NCBI RefSeq assembly: GCF_009834535.1
Contig: NC_045696.1
Coordinates: forward strand, 116,686,001 to 116,750,000
Source: Camelus ferus
Lineage: Eukaryota
Reading direction: 5' to 3'
Length of the DNA stretch: 64,000 nucleotides
In this document: in pieces, positions 27,401 through 39,349 of the stretch
Layout: each line of letters opens with the position of its first letter
Numbering within the stretch: position 1 is the stretch's first letter
Position numbers and translations under genes: made by a program
Notes under the pieces: model-generated
What the model was told of the DNA's origin: nothing
Database searches by the model: none
Seen by the model: the letters and a program-made list of their open reading frames with translations, nothing else

Positions 27401-27738
27401 CTGTCCTACCTAATGTGATACGTAAGCCATTAACCCTGGGCGGCTGCTGAGCACCTGAAATGTGGCTAGTGCAAATTGAGATGTGCTGTGAGTATAAAAT
27501 TCATACAGGATTTTGAAGATTTTAGTAAAACACAATGTAAATTATTTCATGACTAACTTTTTATATTGTTTACATTTGAAATGCTAATATTTGAAGCATA
27601 CTGAGTCAAAGAAAATATATTATTAAAATTAATTTTGTGTGTGGGTTTACGTTTTTAAAATGTGGCTACAGGAACATTAAAAATTATTCACGCAGCTCAC
27701 AATTTTAGTTCATGCTATAGTTCTATTGGACAGCAGTG
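27401..27738. mobile_element. MER3/MER33-like hAT-Charlie relic
   Basis: gagcacctgaaatgtggctagtgcaaattgagatgtgctgt...ttctattggacagcagtg; flanks ctccagaa/ctatagat resemble an 8-bp TSD. Confidence 0.75.
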
Positions 27739-28371
27739 CTATAGATCTTAGACTCTTATTTATCCTCAGATTCAAAACCTTAAGCTACAGAAGTTTTCTT
27801 ACCTAAATTTTCATTGATTCACTACTCTATCCAGAATGAAAGTGTTTTAACCTAATGATTACAGAATCACAGAAAATGACTGTGATGACACCCTGGTTCT
27901 GGACTCAGACAAAACTCTGAAGTGGGAGTTGAAGAGTTATATTTAAGTTACTGTTAGCGCTGTAGCTAGTCTCTTTTCTTGGTAAATAATATCTAACCCA
28001 CTCATTAATTTTTTAAAAAAAGGCATTTGTTGTAGAAAATGTAAACATAAAGGTAACAAAAATCAGAAAATAAAAATCATCTGTAATTCACCACGACTGT
28101 TGACATTTTGGTGTGTGTCCTCCAAATCTTTTTCTATATACAAAATAAGATACATTTCTTCATAAATGTAGAATCGGTTGTACACAAACCTTTCTTTTCC
28201 AGCTCTTATACACTTTCCCCCATTTAAAATTTATTATTTTTCACTTTAGTTAACATTTTAGGAAGGAGAAGAGTTCAGCGATGTTTTCAAATTACCATCT
28301 CCAACTGAACTTCTGAATATTTAATGTCTACCTACTTTTCACTAAGCTTGTTTCACTTATTTTTCCCTTAC

Positions 28372-28505
28372 TTGCGGGTTTTGTCCAGCAGAAGTCTCAC
28401 CACGGAAGGACAAAATTACTCAAGACTTTATCAAGTCAAGAGAGTGAGAGGAAGCCAGAGACCAACTCCCCGAGCTCCTCCAAAGCTCTCGTATTTATTG
28501 AGAAT
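28372..28505 (-). mobile_element. LTR 3' (R/U5) fragment, inverted copy of 35288-35406
   Basis: Aligns by eye to the reverse complement of 35288-35406 with few mismatches and one indel. Confidence 0.85.
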
Positions 28506-29490
28506 ATAATTTAGTAAAAGCAATCCTTACAACATCAAAGTTTGTTAACCCAAGTTTGCGCTCCAACACTTAATATTTTTTCTAAATTGATAAATTGTGT
28601 TCTTCAGATGAGTAATTAAATACATAGCACATCGGAAAGATCTCTTATCTTGTAAGTAGAAAAACAGAATCTGAATCCATATTTCAGAAGTCAGATTTCT
28701 GAGATTTTGAACCAAATATTAACCTTCAAAACACTTAACATTTCCTACAACTTTATATGAACTACTTTATAGGATTTCTGAAAAGACTAAATGTAATATT
28801 AAATGAAAAATTACTGACTACATGAGGCAACTACACTATGTATTTTTCTTACGTTTATTTTTTATTTAGTCGTTTTGCAACAGGAAACGGCCTACCACTT
28901 TCACATTTTCTAGTCAGGATTTTTTACTGACTCAATCATCTTTAGTCAATCCTAGAGTGAATTTTTTAGCATTATAAATAGCAGCGTCCCATATTACCTA
29001 CTAAAGAGGCCAGAAATAAAACTAAGCTTCGAGCATCCACAGTAATGAAGCAAGTATTACAGGAAATGAAAATCAACACTTCATTTCCTTCATAATTTCA
29101 ACTCATTGCTCCATGAAACTTGGTAAGATCAGACATCCGGGGGGTAACAATATAGACTTTGTTCTGTCTCTTTTATTTTCATTAGACATTTATAAATGAC
29201 AAAATTACAATGTAGAAACAGACATTTATAAAAGTAGGTAGAACTAAATGGATGAAGGGAGAAAAGAAGGAATTTTGAACATTTAATGGACCCCTTTGAG
29301 ACTATGACTAAAACGATTTATTCTCGTACCACACACACCTCCATGTAGAAGTGCACACATAATTTAGGAAAGCTGAAGTATCCCGGGGGCAGAAGGCAGA
29401 GAAGTCTGAGTAATTTCCTAGCCAGGTCCTAGTGTGACCAGAAAGCAGGCACTTACACTTGGAAAAGAATTATATGACGTGCACTCTTAC

Positions 29491-29849
29491 CTTGGACTGA
29501 GGTCTGGGGGGCCCGCGTTATTCAGCGTAGAAAGTTGCAGCTTCAAGTTCTTCTCGTTTCTCTTGCCATGGTTAGGGCCGTCAGTGTCCTGTTTGGTTTT
29601 GGGGGAATTCGAACCGGAGACTCTGATAGGTGAGTGAAATGGCACCGTCCCTGAGGCCAGCTGCTTCAAGCTTAAGCCAAGATAGCTTTTGTTGCCTCCA
29701 GCCTTCTTGCTGCGCGAAGAGGAGGACCCCCTGGTGTAGATGGGAGAGAGGGAGGCGGTCTCGTCTTCCTCCCCCTCCTCCTCCTCCTCCTCATCTTCCA
29801 CAATGGATGGGAGTCTCTTCTTGATGCTGCCATTCCCCTTGGGCTCTGG
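29491..29849 (-). CDS. KCNH8: KCNH8 coding exon (about exon 13, 359 nt), acidic/low-complexity C-terminal tail
   Basis: [36 protein letters not shown]...[11 protein letters not shown]. Acceptor gatttag|CCA, donor CCAAG|gtaaga. Confidence 0.95.
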
Positions 29850-30279
29850 CTAAATCAGAGGGTGATATGGATGAGCACAGATGGCAAAGACCTCTCGAGG
29901 GGCTTCTCATTCATGCTGTGGGTCCCCCCGAACAAAGCCAAATCCCCTGGAGACTTCCTTCTCTTTAAAACTGAAGACTTTGCAGATTTGGCTATTGATT
30001 TACTCAGGGGTTCAAAGTCTCCCCATTTCTGATCTTTGCTGGGTTTACTCTATCTGCCTTCCTAGTGTTGGCCCACAACCCTTTTCTTGGTCTTTTAAGC
30101 TCGCTTGGTGGGGAGCTATGCAATTTTATCAGGTTTGCATCTAGATTTTAACCAGCCTGTCATTTATAATACTATGTGATGGCATGCTTTTATGAATAAG
30201 ACATTTTTAATTTTACTGGAAGGTCTTAGGATATTTTATTTTATTTTATTTTCATTTTTTCATATATCCTCATCATTTT

Positions 30280-30657
30280 ATTTTTATTGAAGTGTAGTTG
30301 ACGTACAATATTGTATAAGTTATAGGTGTGCAATACAGTGATTCACAAATTTTACAGGTTATACTCCATTTACAGTTATTGTAAAATATTGGCCATACAT
30401 CCTGTGTTGCACAGTATATCCTTGCGGCTTATTTTATACCTAATAGTTTGTACCTTTTACTCCCTGACCCTTATATTGCCCCTTCCCGCTTCCATCTCCC
30501 CACTGGTAACCGCCAGTTTGTTCTCTAGACCTGTGAGTCTGCTGCCTTTTTTGTTATACTCCTTAGTTTGTTGTATTTTTTAGATTCCACATATAAGTGA
30601 TCTTATACAGTATTCAGTATTTGTCTTTCTCTGTCTGACTTATTTCCCTTAGTATAA
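30280..30657 (-). mobile_element. L1 3' end fragment
   Basis: tagattccacatataagtgat...gtctttctctgtctgacttatttc. Confidence 0.85.
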
Positions 30658-31593
30658 TTGGGCCTTGATATTTTAAAGTTACAGGGTCCTCAGTGGAACT
30701 TTAGGTGGAAATCAGCCAGCAAAATCACATTATTCTTGAGACTAGAACTCTTTTCTGTTTTGGATCATAGATGAAGGAAGATCAGAAGTGTCCTAGGCTC
30801 CTCTGCCTCCTTCTCTCCTTGTTCTTACAAGTTGGGTGGCAGGAGATGGGGAGGACCATTTGATCTGCAACCCTAGAGGAGCCTCGGGAAAGGAAGGAGA
30901 GTCCTGCCAAACTCCATCGTAGGGCTCTTGCCTGGGGTCATTCAACTTTAGAAGCTTAGAAGAAGCAAAGGAAAGGATGGGAAAGGACAAAGGAGGTGAT
31001 GAAAGGGCAGGGAAGGCAAGGTAGCAAAGGCTAAGCTAATGGCCCTCAACAGAGTCACCGCAACATATATATATGTGTATGTTTCTTGCTCTGCCCAGAC
31101 ATGGCTTCCTTGCTCCAAAAGGTCAACTCATTATCTGTGCCTCAGCTTTTTTTTTTTTTGAAGATGCAATCCGTTATACCTGCTTATCAATAATTTCTAA
31201 TAAAATAAACCAAAGTGACCTAAGGGTACTGTGTAAAATCTCATGAGCTGTCATGATTATTACTTCATCCTAATAAACAGCTGGTTCCTTGGTATATGTG
31301 AATTTTACCGTAACAATTATAATGATTGATGTGTATATATATGATGTGTGTATACACACACACACACACACACATATAAAAAACAAAAAGTGAACTTGAA
31401 TCTGTAGTGATTGACAGGCAATAAATAGTCCATTCAGTTTGTGCCACAGCTGTTAAATGAAATGATTGGTTCACTTACAAAGTTTTATTTTATATTTTAG
31501 TTTTAATGGGTCAAAATGTATTGAGGGAATGAAATTATTAGACTCATCTTTTCAACTAGATATTTTCATTAATGGTAAAGCTGTTAATTCTTT

Positions 31594-31728
31594 CTTTAAA
31601 AAAATTTTTTTGGGGGGTCAAGGTAATTAAGTTTGTTTATTTATTTATTTGGAAAGTACTGGGGACTGAACCCAGGACCTCATGCCTGCTAAACATGCGT
31701 TCTACCACTTGAGCAATACTCTTCCCCC
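31594..31728 (-). mobile_element. Vic-1-like SINE, long form
   Basis: Perfect 16-bp TSD aagctgttaattcttt at 31578-31593 and 31729-31744. Confidence 0.9.
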
Positions 31729-34232
31729 AAGCTGTTAATTCTTTATTGGCTTTTGCTTTTATTTGTTTTGCTTTTTAGGTTTTGTTTAGTTTTGGGGTTT
31801 TTGGGGGGTTTTTTTGCTTCTGCTTTTTTCCCCCACAGCAGTTAAAAATTCTGTGCTTTTAACAAAAGTTAGACCCAAATGGAATTGCACAGGAACCTCT
31901 GTATACCAGTATTTCAGAGGAGAAAAATGCGTTCACCCAGCTAAAGACACAACAGGGCAAATTGATCAAAGAAATGAAAAACCATTCAGTGCATTCTCTA
32001 ATTGGGCTTCTATTTTCATTTGCATTGGCAATTTAATCATTCCTTTGTTTCAAGGAGACGCCATCAGCTCTAATAGAGTCCTCTGACTAATAACCTATGA
32101 GATGTTCGTCCTTCTACAAGTTTGTTTAATTCTCACACTTCCATCTTGTCACGGAGGCTCGGCGCCTTGGACAAGTTGCTTAGCTACTGCCTCTCGCGAT
32201 CAGGGCAGCCAACATCATTAATTAATTAGCCCATGTACCACCACTGCAGACAGGACCCAAATTTGTCAGTTTATTAAATATCCGGCCCCACATGCAGCCT
32301 CTGTGTAGGAGGACCAGTTACTTTCTTTGGGCCTTCGGTACAGAAACACCCTCTTCCTGTGTGGCTGCTTTCACCTGTGTGTACACGGCCGCAAGGTTCA
32401 GCCACAGATCATTTCCTGCTTTTCTGACCCATCCCTTCATTTTCTCCTGGTGAAGTCTTCCAGGAGGGCAATGAGATTTTTGTCCCCCATAGTCAAAGGA
32501 ACCTCTAATTTAGCTCATATCATTTGGCTGGGACGGTCATTTCAAACTCACAAATGTTTCAATGAAATCTGTCTTGACTACAAGGAAAGTGGAATAAAGT
32601 CCAACGGCTGAATGTGTGCACTCTTGATCACACAGTCCTAAAAGTCCCGTGACTTACTAGCAGTAGCCTTGGTCAAATAATATGAATGTCTAAAGCCTAG
32701 GTTTCCTCATCTGTAAATTGGCAATTGTGTGAGGAAAAAAATAGATATTAAGTAATGGAGGTTAAACACTTCGTGATACGCACTGGATGTGCTTAATAAA
32801 TGTTCGTCCTTGTGATGACAATGAGAATTGTGAAGAAAATGGAAACAACACTGACATCTGGGCAGATGCTACAGAGAGTGCTGGGAGATTTTATATAGTC
32901 TCCCCTCCTTTGTTAGTTAAAAGAACTCTTAGCAATGCACCCTGCCCAAAGATCACCTTTTTCAGCTTCCCTTGCTACTTGGTTTGGCCATAAGGCCAAA
33001 TTCTCGGATGACAGTGTGTAAGTGGACAGGTTATAAGGAAATTTTAGGAGGGCTCCTAGAAAGAGGGAGCTTCTGTCTTGCTCTGTCGTATTTCTTTAGT
33101 TTCTGGTCTGGAATAGTGATGAAACAAATGGATCCCCAGCAGCCACCTTAGAGAATGAGGAGATCTTGAAGGAGGAAGGCATATGCTGAGGATCATGAAG
33201 CAGAGGGGGAAATCTCCAGACCCTACTGACATACTGTTATATTGCCCACCTCTAGCCTTGCTCCTGAGAGAGAAATAGGTGCCTATTATCTCAAAATCTC
33301 TGTTATTCTGGTGGTTTTGGTATTGCAAATGGATTTCAGCCTTAATTATACATAAAAAATTTTTTTGAACAATGTTGCATTCTTGGAAGGGATGTGCATT
33401 CTCAGAGAATTATGGAGGGATGAGGAATTCAATTTGCAGAATCAAAAAGAAGGCTGAATTTCTCTTCACGAGAAAGAGAATACAGGAAAGGCCTGGAGGA
33501 AAAGTGGTACAGTAATGAGGAAAGACTTCAAACATAATGATCATTTTGCTTGTTCCTGAGGAGGGATTTTGCAGAGGGGAGTGAGAACAGACAGCTAGTG
33601 CCAGAAACTCGGTTGACAGCACTGAGATGTTTTAATGGCTTTAAAAAAAGTTTCTCAAGAGTGACCCTGTTTGCTCCCCACATGCAACCGTCTTCAGTCA
33701 ATCATCAATGTCTTTGAAACGTGTTACGGAATTGGCTTTATGTGGGTGCCTCTGCATGCGTGTGTTCGTGTGTGTGTGTGTGCACGCATGCGTGCGAAAG
33801 TTGTGGGGTTCTGCTTCAAGGAGAGTACAGAGCAAGAAAAGGAGCTGTTTACAGGATTCCTGTCACAGGATGATAGGTCATGAAAGTCTGGGTAATAAAT
33901 CTGACAAGTCACTGTTTGGAGGGAAAGTTTTCTGTGAAATTGTGAGGGGTCTTAAAATTTGGGACTGTCTTAAAAGCCTGGTAGTTCTAAGATCAGTAGC
34001 TCAAGACTTTGCTACTTTGGGCAGGTTTTGGAGACAAAATGCTTTTTAACAATAAGAAGACCCTTAAATAGATATAGGAGTTTCAATGCTTCTCTATTCC
34101 CAAACATCTCTCACTAGGAAGTGTATCAGGGGAAGTCAAAAATGAACACATAAAATCCTCAAGAGGGAGACAGATTTGTTGGAAATCCCACAAATTTTAG
34201 ATAAATGTTTTGCTCTCTGGCAAAAGCCGTAC

Positions 34233-34271
34233 CTGGGAGACCGTAGATTTGTTTGATAATCTTGATATCAC
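34233..34271 (-). CDS. KCNH8: KCNH8 39-nt coding exon (about exon 12), phase 0-0; too short to appear in the ORF track
   Basis: Minus strand reads cttccag|GTG ATA TCA AGA TTA TCA AAC AAA TCT ACG GTC TCC CAG|gtacgg = VISRLSNKSTVSQ. It joins the flanking exons in frame and matches the KCNH8 linker as I recall it. Confidence 0.93.
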
Positions 34272-34282
34272 CTGGAAGAACA

Positions 34283-34357
34283 AACAAACAAACAGAAGTT
34301 GTAATAATCATTTACACCTGAACAAACAAACGGAAGTTGTAATAATCATTTACACCT
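34283..34357. repeat. Tandem duplication with 38-bp period in the 3' splice-site region of exon 12
   Basis: aacaaacaaac(a/g)gaagttgtaataatcatttacacct at 34283-34319 and 34321-34357, one mismatch. Confidence 0.95.
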
Positions 34358-34520
34358 TCCCACGTGGTTCTGTTAGGTCGTCAGCTATGTGGGGGCACCG
34401 GACAGATAAGGCAGAGGAGAGGGAGGGTGGTCTGCAAGATGCCCGCCTCCAGCGTCAAGGGGCTTTGCTTCCTTTAAATGAGCGCCAGCAAGAAACCAGT
34501 TAGAACCCAACAGCTGCAAC

Positions 34521-35406
34521 TGTGGGAGCGCAAACCTGGGTTAACAAACTTCGATATTGTAATGATTGCTTTTACCAAATCATATTCTCACCTTTATGTA
34601 CCCTCACCTTTATGCCAGCACATAAGAAATGTATAATCCAAACCAGTGCTTTCTCTGTTTGTCTTTATACGGCTACTTCAAAGCAAAATGTCTAAGAGCG
34701 CAAAAGACTCAGCTCTCAGTACCAGTCACTGCCTTATCTATGCAACTGAGCTCAGTTGCCTTGAAGCTGCTTTTGCTAGCAGGAAATCTGCTACAATCTG
34801 TCTCCCTGCTGTAAAAAGCAGAGACATGCTTTGCTTGCTTTGCTTAGTTTGAGGTCATAGATTCAGGGCTGCTTGTGCTTATGGAAAACCATAACTTGTC
34901 CCCTGCCCTGACTGGCAGGACGTGCTTCGCTCATCAGGCGTAGGAGGACAGTAAGGGCTGCTCTCGCTCACAGAAAACTGTGACTTGGCTCTTAGCTGGG
35001 AACAGCTGGGCTGCTTCGTGTGCTTACATGATTTCTGATCATTGTATAGAGACTCTGGGGTGGTCCGGTTTTCATTATCAATTGTTTGGAACACTGTAAC
35101 CTTGCTCATGATTGTTTAAGGCTTAAAATAACCATTTGTACCATCAATATTGTAACCTTCTCCCTAAGTATAAATTAAGATGATAATATTTGTTTTTTCA
35201 CAAACTGAAACTACTGACCTGCATCCCTGCACGTACACCATGACCCTCACTCACTCCTGTGACAGGTTTTACTTCGATTCTTTGACTATTCTCAATAAAC
35301 ACAAGAGCTTTGGAAGAGCTCGGGGAGTTGATCTCCGGCTCCCTCTCACTCTCTTGACTTGACACCACTCTTCCGCGGTGGGACTTTTGCTGGACAAAAC
35401 CCACAA
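34521..35406 (+). mobile_element. Solo LTR (about 885 bp), probably nested in an older LTR-like element spanning about 34371-35790
   Basis: tgtggg...cccaca inverted ends, TATAAA at 35169, AATAAA at 35294, second partial copy at 28372. No clear TSD. Confidence 0.65.
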
Positions 35407-37312
35407 CGGAAAGAACCAACAGCAATGACTTAACCGGACATGACCAATGCTCACTGTATTATAATTAACATTGCAGTTAGGCACCCTGACCCTCCGCCTT
35501 GGGTTTTTCTGTGTGAGTCACCGGTAAGGACATGAGCAAAGGGGCCAAACATGACTCAGCACTCCAGGGGCAAGAGCTGTCAATCAATCAAGAGACCACC
35601 TCTAAACGAGGGTGTCAGAAAGAGAAAAGGGGAGACAAAAACTGCCGCTTTTCCTCCCTTGGCTCAGCCTGCTTCCCGTTCTTGGAGGCGTACTTTTCTT
35701 TTTAACTAAATCTTTGAAAATCTTTCACTACACGATGCACCACTGCCTGACTGTAAACGTATCTTTCGGGTAGGCAAGATCTGGGTCTTTACTTTTTAGG
35801 GTAACAGTTTGGGACTGGGTGAAACATAGGTGGCAGGGGACAGAGAGGCAAGTTCAGAGGATGTGGGGGGCATCTGGCCCACACCCACCCGTGTAGGCCA
35901 GAGAAAACACCTCCTGAAAGATGCTGGAGACACCTCCCACACGCCAACCCCCCAGGAGCTCTACTGACAGGTGTATATGACTGAAAAAAAAAGGAACAAC
36001 AAGTTGACTGTCTAGTATGGGACACCACACCTAGGAAACAATGGTCACAGCAGACTCATGGGCTACAGTTTCCATCTCGATGCTTTATTTGCTCTCCTTT
36101 TGTTTCCTATCTCCTTATTCCTCTTTCTTGCCCTTTTGCTAAATTATCTTCCGTGATTTTTCTCTTGGCTCTGTGAAAACAGAAATGCATAGAGTCTTTT
36201 CTTATTTAATCTCATTTCTTTCTATTTATCCATCTCCCCTTCTTACTCGACCACGGTGGAGTTGATGAAGCCTTTCTGTCCCATTTGTTTTACTCCCTGT
36301 GATGTTCCCTGTGGACTAGGCTTAAGTTCACTGGGGATCCTAATCCTCAACTTAATTGATTTTAAGATCCAATTGATTGTAAAAAGCAAGAAAAATGGAA
36401 AACAAAATGCTATCAATCAAATTGTGACATGCCATCAATCATGAGAGATCCCTATTTCAGAGATGTTAAAAATGTGAAAAACAAATGTGTAACATAGAAT
36501 CACTTAAGCTTGGATCTCAAAACACATCTTGCATAAAATCAAACTATGAAACTGAGGAGGAATACATTGAAACACTGCACCTTCTATGATGCACAAAGAA
36601 AGCCAGGAAATTGTGACATATCCTAGAAGTACACTTAGGTCTCAACTACGCTGTTTTCTGCTCAAACACACTTCTTTCAATTTAAAGTGGTAATAGATGC
36701 TATAAATTAACATAATTTTATTCACATGAAAAAAAAACTTACACTTGAAAATGATCTGCCTGGTAAGTGAGATATATTCAGTAATTCTGTCACCCCCTTG
36801 ATGTTTTTTTCTCCTAGATGATTAGGGAAGTGGATCTGTTATTATTTATACAAATGCCAGCATCATTATTGCTGTGCAAATATATGTTTCATCAATGTTT
36901 AATTTTACCAAAGCAGTCAGCCCATTCTACATCTGTTTAGTTGCCTAAATATGCATTAATCAGGAGCATTGTAGACATAAGTTTTGTCATAATTCCCTAA
37001 ATGGTGACAAATAAAACAGCTGAATAATTAAAAACGTGACAAATAAAACAAAATTACAGTGCTGTTGCTACTGTGGTAGACATAAAAATGGGTGTTTTTT
37101 TTAAAAAGTCTTTCAGTTATAGCTTGGATGAGAGAAAGAACATCCCAATAGTATTCAAGAAGCCTGAATAAACCGGCTCAGAGATGCTCGCTAAGGTATA
37201 CGAGGAAGGCACTGGCCTTAGTTTCTTCTGATGTGGGTGTGACTCCCAGCTCCCTGGTTTACTATTAGTGAGTTCTGCCAAGTTGCTGAACCCCAAGACT
37301 GTTGTTCTCTAT

Positions 37313-37473
37313 CAGTGCTTCTCGAACTTTTATGTGTACACAGACCACCTAGGGATGTTAAAATGCAGGTTCTGATTCAGGAGGACTGGGGTGGGGCCTG
37401 AGACCCTGCATTTCCAATGAGCTCCCAGGTAATATAGCTGTTGCTGGCCTAAAGGGGGCACACTTTGAATAGT
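37313..37473. mobile_element. MER5A-like relic
   Basis: cagtgcttctcgaactt...aaaatgcaggttctgattcag...ggggtggggcctgagaccctgcattt. Confidence 0.8.
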
Positions 37474-39349
37474 GAGATATTATGACCAATGTCACTCTTA
37501 CTGGCATCCTATAAGCTATCAATTCACTAAGTACTCACTATGTGCTCAGCAACCGGTCAAATGCTCCCCAGTCATTATTAATTTTCATTGCAAATCCTGT
37601 AAGGTAAGTGTACATCACACAGCCAGCACTACTGTGATATGCCCTCTGAATAAATGATTTCAGTAACATACAGTGTTAACCACATGCACTGAAAAGAGTA
37701 TTATGATATATTCATTCTGTTGACATTAATACTTCATGCTACTCTAGATTCTGCCGAGTGCAGAGAATATTAGTTTAAGGGAAACCCAATATTTTAAAGC
37801 TAGAAGTGACCCTAGAGTGTCCCTGCTACAATGGTTTGTACACCTGGCAGATAACAGGATGCTTTGAGAACCGTTTCTTAAAAAAGCAGACAGCAGAGTA
37901 CCAACTCCAGCAAGTCCCTTTCAGTCAGTGGTGAGTGGGACCCAGGTCTCCAGGTCAAGTTTGAAACCACCGAGTTAGTCCACCTCCCTCACTAGAGATG
38001 GGGACACTGTGGCCCAGGGAGATGAGGCGACTTGCCCAACTTATGCAGCAAGTTAGCGGCAGGGCTCCTACCAGAAGCTGTCCCTCTTGACTCTTAGTGT
38101 ATCTCATGCAGGATCATGAGTTTTCTCAGGTACCTTCTCCAACAGTTCATGCTGTTTCTCAGGGTGAACGACTAAATGCCTGACATACTGTGGAATTTAA
38201 TTAAGTTTGATGTGGTCCCAAAGCAGACCCAAAAAAACTCTGGACACTCAGTTACCCAAGCACCTCATTAACATTTTCTGAGTCACAGATGTTTCAGGAA
38301 ATCTGATGAATTCTAGCATTCTTTCCCTGGGGGGACGGGGGTGAAACACATGGATACAGCCTTTGGATGGAAAATGTTTACTGACCCCACTCTCTTGTTC
38401 CAGCAACTAGAAGACTCAAAGGTTTGTTTTGAGGAAGGCGGCCGTCCAATTTTGAGTCCCTCCCACATGGAGTTTCTACACCTTTTAGACAATAAGACGA
38501 ACTGTGGATGGTTTCTAATGGGGGTAATTTTTAAAAAGACTGAAGTAATAGAGGTTGGGAAGATAAAGGGAAGTAAGTCAGACACAAGAGAAGGAAATGA
38601 GGTCATTGCAATAAAAGTCTTGAGAGAAATCAAGATGGTTGAGGGTCAGCCCATTCACACCTTAAGATGGTCCCCATCAGCCTGTCAAGGATGGAGGAAG
38701 CCCTGTGTGGGCAGAAGTGCTGGGGACACGGCCAGGCACAAGGTTATGAACAGAGGCGAGGCTTCCTAACCTCGAAGACTGGGAAAGAGATGTCCTAGGC
38801 TATAGCACGTTGGTTTAAAAACTTTCTCAATAGCCTTTCTTCTTTCCCCGTCCTAACCACCTAAATGACTCCATCACTCTGTGAGTCCAGCAGGAACAGG
38901 GAGGGGAGACGAGTAAACTGAAAAACTACTGCTCACTGGCATCCAGGACCAGAAGAGAAATGCTCTCTCTATCCTCCTACAATTTGCTACAAAAAAGAGA
39001 AACAAATTCACAGCTTTTTAACTGTGCAAAGAAGGCTTCAAATTGTACTATGGAACTTGAATTGCGAATGGAAATCAAACATACTAAAATTCATAGTAAT
39101 TGTAGAGGTGAAAAATGCCCATTGCATTCTTTAATGTCTGTTTTGTTGAATGAAGACACTTCTGCGGGAGCTTTCACGGGCTTATACCTGATTTTGGCCA
39201 CCCAACTCGTTTCTTCCTTAAGTTCTTATGTTTCTCAACAGTAAATTTTCCTGCTATTAGGATTTTCATAAATTCTTTTAGTGGGAAGGGGGGGCTCTTT
39301 GATTTCTTTCATCAATCCACCCCCCCCCCTTAAAATCCCTTTGAATTCT

